Origin: Candidatus Woesearchaeota archaeon | GTDB lineage: Archaea; Nanobdellota; Nanobdellia; Woesearchaeales; WJKL01 | Assembly: GCA_014729675.1 (NCBI GenBank) | Contig: WJJM01000005.1 | Span: forward strand, 1-52,488 | DNA length: 52,488 bases | Direction: 5' to 3' | Shown: piece by piece, positions 1-7,890 of the stretch | Layout: each line of letters begins with the position of its first letter | Position numbering within the stretch: the stretch's first letter is position 1 | Program-made: the position numbers and the translations under genes | The notes under the pieces: model-generated | Databases searched by the model: none | What the model saw: the letters and a program-made list of their open reading frames with translations, nothing else | What the model was told of the DNA's origin: nothing

Positions 1-47
1 ACTGCTCAAAGATTCGAAAGTTTTTTGTATGAATGATGTTATTTGTA

Positions 48-113
48 CCATGGTTTATTTCGCAAATTAAACCATGGGCTTCTCCTATGTGCTTTTTTCT
101 GAGCACTTAGGAG
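48..113. repeat. Two adjacent hairpins
   Basis: CCATGGTTTA (48-57) pairs with TAAACCATGG (68-77). CTCCTA-t-GTGCT (82-93) pairs with AGCAC-t-TAGGAG (102-113). Confidence 0.7.
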
Positions 114-200
114 GAGTCATTTTCTAATCGGAGATACTGAACTTAAAACCCTTCTTATTTAATAGGCGATTTGGGAACTTGCTTCCGCTTCGCTCCAGCA

Positions 201-291
201 CCTTTCCACTCTCAATTTCTCAGCCTATGCTCACTCTCGTTCGCATGGGAGAAATTGGAGGTCAGGGGAAAAGAACATCATTAGGCAAAAT
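201..291 (+). repeat. Cassette-boundary element 1 (CCACTCT hairpin plus core site)
   Basis: CCACTCT at 206, stem CAATTTCT/AGAAATTG, core AAGAA-CATCA-TTAGGCAAAAT; homologous to 758-851 and 1484-1576. Confidence 0.7.
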
Positions 292-306
292 TGAGAAAGG
301 GTAAAT

Positions 307-687
307 TTATTCTCTAAGTTTAAAATTTAATACTAATGACTCAAATGCAGAAGGTTCAATTTTTTCTTGTATTTTACTTTTGTTTAAATAAAGATAACAA
401 CATAATTCTTTGTATTTTTCAGGTGCATCATCTGAAATTCCTATAAAATGAATTGTAGCATCTTTAAATCCAGCATCTGTAAGTTGATGACCAAGAAATT
501 CAGGTCTTTTATTTTTATCAACATAATTTTTCCACATGTCAATTAAAACTTCACCATGTTCTTTGGGAGAATATTCAAATCCTTTTTCCCAACCACCTTG
601 CGGTTTTGGGATATAACCCCAATATCCACCATGACCTGAACCAAAACGAAGATCAACACCATCTACATTATCTATATTTATAGTCAT
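307..687 (-). CDS. Hypothetical protein (cassette gene 1)
   Basis: ORF 307..726. The ATG at 687 (MTINID) is preferred because a TTTATA box lies ~25 nt upstream and the 726 ATG falls inside the flanking inverted repeat. Confidence 0.65.
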   Translation of the reverse strand: MTINIDNVDGVDLRFGSGHGGYWGYIPKPQGGWEKGFEYSPKEHGEVLIDMWKNYVDKNKRPEFLGHQLTDAGFKDATIHFIGISDDAPEKYKELCCYLYLNKSKIQEKIEPSAFESLVLNFKLRE

Positions 688-757
688 TATTAAACAAAAG
701 TAAAACAAGTATAAATATTTTACCATTTCTCAACTCAAAATTTATTTCATAAATTTT

Positions 758-851
758 GCCCTTCCACTCTAAGATTTTCAGCACTGACCTCCTTATCAGT
801 CGGTCGTGGAAAATCTTGAGGGTAGGGTTGCCTAATACAATTGTGTCCAAT
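758..851 (+). repeat. Cassette-boundary element 2
   Basis: CCACTCT at 764; bulged stem CTC-t-AAGATTTTC..CAC-t-GACC / GGTC-GTG-GAAAATCTT-GAG; core CCTAA-TACAA-TTGTGTCCAAT. Confidence 0.75.
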
Positions 852-889
852 AAATCTGGAGTCCTAAATCTAGAAAGGGGCAAGAAAAC

Positions 890-1357
890 TTAAGAAAATA
901 ATCTTTTAAACCAATTTATTATTTTCTGTAAGAAATTTAATTTACAATCCTCAGGGCAATTACATTCATTTTCAATTTCACTATCACAAATCTCATCTCC
1001 ACAATTAGAACATATTGAAAGATAACCTGTAGGAGGATTCCAATTACATTTTGAATCAAAATATTCTTTCTGTTTTATAGCAACCAAACCTTCACAACAA
1101 GTATTTTCTGTTGGTGCAATTCCAAGCTCTGCACAAGGCAGTTCTGCATATTGACTGCATGGCTCTCCTCTTTCACCCCCTTCACCATCCATTGGATCAC
1201 ATTTAATTCCGCTTTCTAAAGTGCAGCTGTTGTTGTATGCATCATTATATTGACCACCATAAAGTCTACATCTTGTCCATGCAGGATTAGGTATTGCAGA
1301 AACTAATATTGCACCTAAGATAAAACTAATTGCAAAGGAAATAAATATTTTCTTCAT
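890..1357 (-). CDS. Secreted Cys-rich protein with DUF333-like N-terminal motif (cassette gene 2)
   Basis: Signal peptide, NPAxxxCxxxGG motif, CGDxICxxxxENxxNCPEDC motif, amphipathic C-terminal tail FLQKIINWFKRLF. Confidence 0.75.
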   Translation of the reverse strand: MKKIFISFAISFILGAILVSAIPNPAWTRCRLYGGQYNDAYNNSCTLESGIKCDPMDGEGGERGEPCSQYAELPCAELGIAPTENTCCEGLVAIKQKEYFDSKCNWNPPTGYLSICSNCGDEICDSEIENECNCPEDCKLNFLQKIINWFKRLFS

Positions 1358-1483
1358 TTTATGATATTTTATACCTTCTTATTTATTAAATTTTTGTTTT
1401 CTTGCCCTTACTATCTTTTATTAAGTATCGCATTCGCTCTTTTTATTTAACGGACTCCAGATTTACTCCTCCGCTTCGCTACG

Positions 1484-1576
1484 GTCGCCCCACTCTAAGT
1501 TTTGAGAAGGTCAAATGCTTCCGCTTTTGTCCATCAAATCTCGAAGGCAGGGCTACCTAACATCATTAGTTGCAAT
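1484..1576 (+). repeat. Cassette-boundary element 3
   Basis: CCACTCT at 1490; imperfect stem closed by GTCGCCC/GGGCTAC; core CCTAA-CATCA-TTAGTTGCAAT. Confidence 0.7.
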
Positions 1577-1600
1577 TAAGACTTCGGCAGTTACCAAGAA

Positions 1601-1828
1601 TTAAAATAATTTATTGACTATCTGTTCTATATTACTACAAAATTCTGGATTTGCTGTATATATGGTGGCCATCATCACAGGCACACTCTGGTAGTAAGTG
1701 TATCTCTTAATCTCTTTTTTACTCATATCACTTTTATCTCTAGGAATAAATGAAAAAAGTCCTAAATAAGGTATTTTGTCTACCCAGTTGGGCACATAAG
1801 AATTTACAAATTTTTCAAGTTTTTCCAT
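1601..1828 (-). CDS. Small hypothetical protein (cassette gene 3)
   Basis: 75-aa ORF with an upstream TATA-like AT box, enclosed by inverted repeats. Confidence 0.6.
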   Translation of the reverse strand: MEKLEKFVNSYVPNWVDKIPYLGLFSFIPRDKSDMSKKEIKRYTYYQSVPVMMATIYTANPEFCSNIEQIVNKLF

Positions 1829-1943
1829 TCTTATAAAATCATATAACCTCTATTAATAAATTTTTCTATTATCACCTGCCTTAGTCTTAAATTGCTCTGT
1901 TTTTCTCCGCAATCTTTTTAAAACAATATTCTTAATTTAACAT

Positions 1944-2867
1944 ATGCCAAAGCTCCCAAAAGAATTAAAACTTTTATTAGAAAAACAGCAGAACGAGGTC
2001 ATAGGAGAACATTCAGCTGTAAAGATATGCACCTGGACAAAAAAATCATTGAAAGACGAAGGAGTCTGCTATAAGGAGAAGTTCTACGGCATATCATCCC
2101 ATAGATGCTGCCAATTAAGCCCGTCTATGAATTTCTGTCAAAATTCTTGTATCTTCTGCTGGAGGCCTATTGAACACACCGTAGGAACAGAGATGAAGGG
2201 CAAGATTGACGACCCAAAAACTTTGATAGACAACGCGATAAAAGCACAAAGAAAGCTTCTTAACGGCTTTCCGGGCAATCCAAAAACAAACATGAAAAAG
2301 TTCAAACAAGCTCAGGACCCCAACCAGTTTGCCATATCTCTAAGTGGCGAACATACAATCTATCCAAAACTTGGAGAACTTATAGCTGAAATAAAAAAAA
2401 GAAAAGCAACGTCATATGTTGTTACAAATGGCATGCTCCCAGATAAGATAAAAACATTATCTCCTCTCCCGACCAACCTATACATATCCTTAGATGCACC
2501 AAATGAAACAATATTCAAAAAAGTAGACCGACCAAAGCTAAAAGATGCATGGAAAAGATTGAACAAGTCCTTAGATATACTAAAAACACTAGACACAACA
2601 ACTGTCCTAAGGGTAACTATGATAAAAGGCATGAACATGATAAAGCCGGAAAAATACGCAGAACTAATAGAAAAAGCACAGCCAGATCATGTAGAGCTAA
2701 AGGCCTATATGTTCGTCGGCTCCTCAAGACACAGGCTAACCATAGACAACATGCCTCGCCATCATGAAGTAAAAGAATTCACAGAACTCATCCTAAAACA
2801 TCTAAAAGATTACAGCTTAAAAGACGAAAAAAAAGAATCAAGAGTAGTTCTTCTCAAAAAACTATAG
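1944..2867 (+). CDS. taw1: 4-demethylwyosine synthase (radical SAM, Taw1/TYW1)
   Basis: HSAVKICTW, CYKEKFYGISSHRC, CQNSCIFCWRP (CxxxCxxC), ELKAYMFVGSSR, SRVVLL. Confidence 0.95.
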   Translation: MPKLPKELKLLLEKQQNEVIGEHSAVKICTWTKKSLKDEGVCYKEKFYGISSHRCCQLSPSMNFCQNSCIFCWRPIEHTVGTEMKGKIDDPKTLIDNAIKAQRKLLNGFPGNPKTNMKKFKQAQDPNQFAISLSGEHTIYPKLGELIAEIKKRKATSYVVTNGMLPDKIKTLSPLPTNLYISLDAPNETIFKKVDRPKLKDAWKRLNKSLDILKTLDTTTVLRVTMIKGMNMIKPEKYAELIEKAQPDHVELKAYMFVGSSRHRLTIDNMPRHHEVKEFTELILKHLKDYSLKDEKKESRVVLLKKL

Positions 2868-3959
2868 TTTGATGATCTGTGATTCTTTAACTCCTCTTTT
2901 TAACAGATATTTGTAATCCCTATTTGAGGGATTCAGCACATAAAGTTCTTTTTTCTTTTCTTTTGCAATGCCTGAAATATCTCCCAATACATTCTTTCCT
3001 ACAGAAGAAGCATAGTTAAGATCTATGAACAGGTCTTTATCATTATATCTTTTAAGCTTTTTCCTCAGTCTTTGAACCTCTTCCTGCAGTTTCTGGGGAT
3101 TTTTATCATATTTCACCATGACTTCTTCTTTTTCAAAAGAAAGGAATCCTTTCGTCCTGAATGAGACAACAGTCAGAAGCTCCTTGTATTTTTGCGCATC
3201 TATATCTACAGTCAATTTTATAGGTTTGCCGTTTGCTCTTTTGAACTGAAATGTTTTGTCTGTGACATCTCCTCCGCTTCTTGCTATCAGAAGATAGGCA
3301 TCAAACAATTTCTGGTTTATCTCATCATAGACTACTTCTTCATAATCTTTTTTCATGATGCCAGAACATTCATCATAACCCAATATCTTTCTGGCATTAT
3401 CGGTTACAGCTCGTATCTTATTGTCCCCATCTAAAAATATGACATTCTTGGTCTTGTAAGCAGAGAATAGGGTGTCCACAAGCTCTAAAGCGCTGTTTTC
3501 AAGAATATATGATTTGCTGGATATGTTGTCTTCTCTGCTCTTAAAAGATCCGTATTTGTTTTCAAGATAGTTGTTTATCTTTTCAAGTTCTGATACCTGT
3601 TTATCTCTTTCTTTAAGTTCATTCTTATATCCGAATAAAAGAGCATAAAGGCTTATTTCTTCTCTAAGATGTTTTAGTTTTGTCCCATCTTTCTGTTTGG
3701 TCATCTCCTCTTTTTCTTTTTCCTTTGTCCCAAGAGCATGTTCAAGATTCTCTATAACTTCCTCATCTCTTGTATATCTCTTCTCAGCTGCCTTGAAAAG
3801 CTCTTTGATCTCCTGCCTGTTCTTCTCCTGTTCTTCTATATGTTCGATCAGATCGTCCCTTAGTTTCTCTAACCTTTCTGTTCTTCTTTCCAGATCAGAA
3901 TAAGATGGCTTATCTTTCCATTCCTTAATCCTGCCTAATAATCCTTTTCTCTCTCCCAT
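2862..3959 (-). CDS. Coiled-coil + PAS-like + STAS-like domain protein
   Basis: N-terminal heptad-rich region; VIFLDGDNKIRAVTDNARKILGY is PAS-like; C-terminal LFIDLNY...LYVLNPS resembles STAS. Confidence 0.55.
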   Translation of the reverse strand: MGERKGLLGRIKEWKDKPSYSDLERRTERLEKLRDDLIEHIEEQEKNRQEIKELFKAAEKRYTRDEEVIENLEHALGTKEKEKEEMTKQKDGTKLKHLREEISLYALLFGYKNELKERDKQVSELEKINNYLENKYGSFKSREDNISSKSYILENSALELVDTLFSAYKTKNVIFLDGDNKIRAVTDNARKILGYDECSGIMKKDYEEVVYDEINQKLFDAYLLIARSGGDVTDKTFQFKRANGKPIKLTVDIDAQKYKELLTVVSFRTKGFLSFEKEEVMVKYDKNPQKLQEEVQRLRKKLKRYNDKDLFIDLNYASSVGKNVLGDISGIAKEKKKELYVLNPSNRDYKYLLKRGVKESQIIKL

Positions 3960-4094
3960 AATCCATAATATCAGAAAAAATCTAGTTTATATTTCTTTCT
4001 AAAATCTGTGCATTAGTATCAACAGCAAGATTTAAATACAATCTCTATCTTTTTGATAATATTATAACTAAACACTAAAAACGAGGTGCATACA

Positions 4095-5450
4095 ATGAAA
4101 AAAACATTGACTTTTTTTACAATCCTGATATTAGCTGCTAGTCTGGTTTCAGCGACAGAAACAAATCCAGGTCACTCAGCAGATGAGATAGGCGGGACAG
4201 ACATAGCAGACAGAACATTCCAGGATGCAGATTATTCTTTCCAGGATAATGTTGGGATAGGGACAGACAGCCCGACAAGATTATTGACTCTATCGGGTGA
4301 TGGCCCGGATGGCCTTAGGATAGAAAACAGCGGAGGAGACCCTAAAGCAAGGATTCTTGTTGATTCTAGTGACAGAGGTTTGCTTACATTATACAACTCA
4401 ACAGGTTCAGAAATAGTAAATCTAAGGACAGAAGGCGACAGCCATATCCGCGGCGGCAACGTAGGCATCGGAACATCATCTCCAACATCTAAACTCGAGG
4501 TAAAATCAGACCAGGGAAATGTTTTCATACTGAAGAACTCTTTAGACAACAACATATTCAGAGTATATAGCAACGAAGACGACCCCATTAATAATGGTGT
4601 CGTATTGCAGTTATCAAACGCATCAGGCGACATAAAAGCTGTAATAAGTTCAAGGGCAGAGCAGGACACTTATTTCAATGCAGGAAGCGGAAGCAACGTC
4701 GGCATCGGTACATCTTCACCATCTACCCCTTTCCATGTTTTGAGTGGAAGCGGTAATGAAGGAATCTATTCTCCAAGTGGATGGACAGTGGGTTTATTCC
4801 AGAGAAATGATGATTCTAATTACCATGCCAGAGTATCCATCTTAGCAGGTACTTCACAGACTGCAGGAATCTGGATGGGTGATAAAGATAATGAAGACAA
4901 TGGGGCCATCTGGACAGACAATTCAGACAATTCTCTTAATCTTGGAAATGGCCTATCCAATGCAGTCATAACTATAGATTCATCAGATAATGTCGGCATC
5001 GGAACAACAAGCCCAGGTGCTAAACTACAGGTGGGAGACATAAAGATAGGAAGCAAGCCTAGTGGCCTAGCAGGTCCTACAGGAGGAGATGGCATACATG
5101 CAGATGGACATCTGCATATCCAAAGTGATGGAAGTAATAATGGCAATGGAGATATTCAGTTGAATAAATGGTCATCAGGCGATGTATTCATGGTATTAGG
5201 TGGCGGAAGTGTCGGCATTGGCACAAATTCTCCAAGCTACAAACTGCATGTTGAGGGAAGCCTTGGAGCACATAACTTCTATGACGAACAGTCTCCTACA
5301 TATTACCTTAATCCTGGAGAGGCAGGCACTTCAGCTAACCTCAGGGGAGATATCACAGCAGGAGGGCTTTCAGGTACAGGCACAGCAAGAGTTTGTGCAT
5401 TAAGCGATGGAACACTGTGCAGGAACGGAGATTCAGGCTGCAGCTGTTGA
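4095..5450 (+). CDS. Secreted fibre/adhesin-like protein with five (N/S)VGIGTxSP repeats
   Basis: Signal peptide from MKKTL; five VGIGT.SP repeats; Gly/Ser/Asp/Asn-rich; Cys-rich C-terminus. Confidence 0.75.
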   Translation: MKKTLTFFTILILAASLVSATETNPGHSADEIGGTDIADRTFQDADYSFQDNVGIGTDSPTRLLTLSGDGPDGLRIENSGGDPKARILVDSSDRGLLTLYNSTGSEIVNLRTEGDSHIRGGNVGIGTSSPTSKLEVKSDQGNVFILKNSLDNNIFRVYSNEDDPINNGVVLQLSNASGDIKAVISSRAEQDTYFNAGSGSNVGIGTSSPSTPFHVLSGSGNEGIYSPSGWTVGLFQRNDDSNYHARVSILAGTSQTAGIWMGDKDNEDNGAIWTDNSDNSLNLGNGLSNAVITIDSSDNVGIGTTSPGAKLQVGDIKIGSKPSGLAGPTGGDGIHADGHLHIQSDGSNNGNGDIQLNKWSSGDVFMVLGGGSVGIGTNSPSYKLHVEGSLGAHNFYDEQSPTYYLNPGEAGTSANLRGDITAGGLSGTGTARVCALSDGTLCRNGDSGCSC

Positions 5451-5485
5451 TATTTTATATTATTTTTTTATCTTTTTTTCAAGAA

Positions 5486-6073
5486 CTATATTTCTATTAT
5501 CTTCCCGTCAGGACCAGGATTTACAACAACACAATCTTTTATCTTATCCTTCTTTCCGGAATTCTCATGAAGGTGCCCTGATATCGCCAACAATGGCTTG
5601 GCCTTCTTGATAAACTTTGTTATGCTTTTATTGCCCACATGCTCATCAAGTACAACATCTATCTTTGTACAGTAAGGAGGAGCATGCGTAACCAGCACCA
5701 CCTTCCTGCCTTTATACTTATCAGCCCATTTAGAAGAGATCCTTTCAAACCTTTTATCTCTTAGACTAAATCCTCCCCCTCCAAATCCAAGAAAAACATA
5801 ATCTCCCATCTTAAACACTTTTCTGTGTATGTCCTTAAGGTTTTTAAACATCCTGCATCCTTCCTTTATCTCAGAAACAGTCTCATGATTTCCGTGTATC
5901 ATCAGAACCTTCTTTCCGATCTTGTCAAGCTCGACCATCATCCTCTCAAGACCGTCTCCAAAAAGAGAGATGTCTCCTGCATTGATCAATATATCAGCCT
6001 TCTTGGCCTTCTTCACGATCCTTTTGATAGCAGCCTTGTTCGCATGCGTATCTGCAAAAGCAAGTATTTTCAT
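5486..6073 (-). CDS. Calcineurin-like metallophosphoesterase
   Basis: DxH (ADTH), GD, GNHE, THAPP, GHLHE, NPG motifs; start MKILAF. Confidence 0.92.
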   Translation of the reverse strand: MKILAFADTHANKAAIKRIVKKAKKADILINAGDISLFGDGLERMMVELDKIGKKVLMIHGNHETVSEIKEGCRMFKNLKDIHRKVFKMGDYVFLGFGGGGFSLRDKRFERISSKWADKYKGRKVVLVTHAPPYCTKIDVVLDEHVGNKSITKFIKKAKPLLAISGHLHENSGKKDKIKDCVVVNPGPDGKIIEI

Positions 6074-6113
6074 AAAGAAAAGAAAAAAATAGTGCAATAT
6101 ATAAAAGTTTACA

Positions 6114-6731
6114 TCATTGTCTTGAATATTTCAATGCATTCTTAGGGCAAACATCGATGCACCTGCCACACTTTATACAGTCAGGCTTATATTTTATCTC
6201 ATTTACTTTTAGGTGCATCGGACATACCTTGCTGCAAAGACCACAATCGATGCATTTTTCTTTGTCTACAACAATTGTATTCTTCTTTAGGTCAAACAAT
6301 CTCTGCAAGGTGCCTGCTGGGCATATTTGGCACCATGCTCTTGGACTGACAAATATCGCTATGACTGATATGATCAATGTTTGCATTATGTAAATTCCTA
6401 CAAATATCCCTCCTAACTTAACAAATACACCTTCAGATCCAATTATCCTGAAGACCATAAATCCCATCATAATGATAAGCAAAGCAATCCTGAATCCAGA
6501 ATTATAAAACAGTTTAGGGATCTTTATCTTTCTTGATATCTTGCTTAATACAAGATCATTGAAGATACCCCTTGAACAAAGATTTCCGCAGAACCACCTT
6601 CCCTTAGAAGGAGAGATTCCTATCAGAAGCAGCATATCCAAAAGCAAAAGATAACCTAAGATAGGATATATCAATCCGCCTATCACTACAACAGGGATTA
6701 TTATGGGGCATATAAGGCGTATTCTTAGCAT
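6114..6731 (-). CDS. Membrane polyferredoxin (NapH/MauN-like 4Fe-4S binding protein)
   Basis: TM helices, RWFCGNLC and RAWCQICPAG motifs, two CxxCxxCxxxCP motifs; start uncertain. Confidence 0.85.
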   Translation of the reverse strand: MLRIRLICPIIIPVVVIGGLIYPILGYLLLLDMLLLIGISPSKGRWFCGNLCSRGIFNDLVLSKISRKIKIPKLFYNSGFRIALLIIMMGFMVFRIIGSEGVFVKLGGIFVGIYIMQTLIISVIAIFVSPRAWCQICPAGTLQRLFDLKKNTIVVDKEKCIDCGLCSKVCPMHLKVNEIKYKPDCIKCGRCIDVCPKNALKYSRQ

Positions 6732-6732
6732 T

Positions 6733-7554
6733 TTATATCTTCTTCTTAAGAATTTCACACATCCTGCAAACTTCTTTCCTGCTTGGCTCTCCGCATTCGC
6801 TGCAGTACCTCAGCTTCTTATCACTCTTAAATTCTTCCTTCAGCAAAGGCAGGAACTCCATAAAATTTCTTACTATATTCTCTTTGACCTTATCACCCAT
6901 ATCATCAAGGATACCTCTCACTTTCCTCCTGAACACGTCAGCAGAACATGGGCATGGTTCATACACAACAGGAAACTTCTTGACTTGAGAATACCTTCTT
7001 ATCTCATCATTTGAACAGAAAAACAAGGGTTTTATCCTCTGGACAAACTTCTTATCCTTCAATGTGCCTGACTTCGGCCCCATCCCCAATCCAGCCTCAA
7101 GATTGCTCTTAAGCAGGTTCATCATCACAGTCTCTGCAGTATCATCAAGATTATGGCCTACTGCAATCTTATCCCCTTTAAGCTCCCTCGCTTTTTTGTT
7201 AAGAAGCCATCTTTTTATTATCCCGCATATCATGCAGTTGTTCAGCTTTGTCCTTTCCCTGATATAGCACATAGATGATCCTATCTCTTTTCTTATATCG
7301 ACAATATTAAGCTTTATCCCTTCCTCCCTGCAAAACTTTTTGACATTAGCAAGATTCTTCTCAGACCACTCACCTATCTTAAGATCTATAACCATACCCT
7401 CAACATCATAGCCAAATTTATTAAGAAGATAAAGAACAGTTGTAGAATCCTTGCCCCCTGAACAACCCACTATTACTTTATCACCCCTTCCTATCAGGTC
7501 ATGCTCTTCGATAGTCTTTCTTACTTTCTCCTCAAATTCCGCAGCATATCCCAT
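6733..7554 (-). CDS. tRNA 2-thiolation protein, TtuA/Ncs6/TtcA family
   Basis: SGGKDS PP-loop, CMICG, GHNLDD, CPC, C-terminal CxxCG..CxxC zinc finger; start at MGYAAE chosen. Confidence 0.9.
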   Translation of the reverse strand: MGYAAEFEEKVRKTIEEHDLIGRGDKVIVGCSGGKDSTTVLYLLNKFGYDVEGMVIDLKIGEWSEKNLANVKKFCREEGIKLNIVDIRKEIGSSMCYIRERTKLNNCMICGIIKRWLLNKKARELKGDKIAVGHNLDDTAETVMMNLLKSNLEAGLGMGPKSGTLKDKKFVQRIKPLFFCSNDEIRRYSQVKKFPVVYEPCPCSADVFRRKVRGILDDMGDKVKENIVRNFMEFLPLLKEEFKSDKKLRYCSECGEPSRKEVCRMCEILKKKI

Positions 7555-7616
7555 CTGGAAAACACACCCTTCATAGTTTTTAAAGCTTTCTTTGAAACCA
7601 AGCGACAAACCAATCC

Positions 7617-7750
7617 AGAATCCTATCGTCTTGCTTCTGCGGCAGGATTAGCGAACGAAGTGAGCGTTAGAGATTAGGATTGAAAATCCTGATCGCAAGG
7701 CAGCTCGTTTACATAGGGATAATTATCGCAAGGCAGTTTTCCGTCTTATT
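7617..7750 (+). repeat. Dispersed palindromic intergenic element, copy 1
   Basis: ATTAGGATTGAAAATCCTGAT (7673-7693) is identical to 29781-29801; two ATCGCAAGGCAG units. Confidence 0.8.
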
Positions 7751-7890
7751 GAGCATGGTTAAAAAATGTTATGCAAAAGATTTTCATGACTTAAAAATCA
7801 AGATGAAAAATAATATGTGCTTAATGAACAACTTTTAAACAGATAGATTTAAATAATAACAAGATTCTCATGTTCAACAGGGGAGTCTAG

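Noticed and set aside
668-883. 71-aa ORF
   Set aside because: It spans boundary element 2 and the gene 1 promoter, and has a TTG start; likely spurious.
200-1895. Canonical integron attC array
   Set aside because: No paired RYYYAAC/GTTRRRY boxes close the hairpins and the recombinase lacks the IntI insertion; kept instead as a non-canonical candidate.
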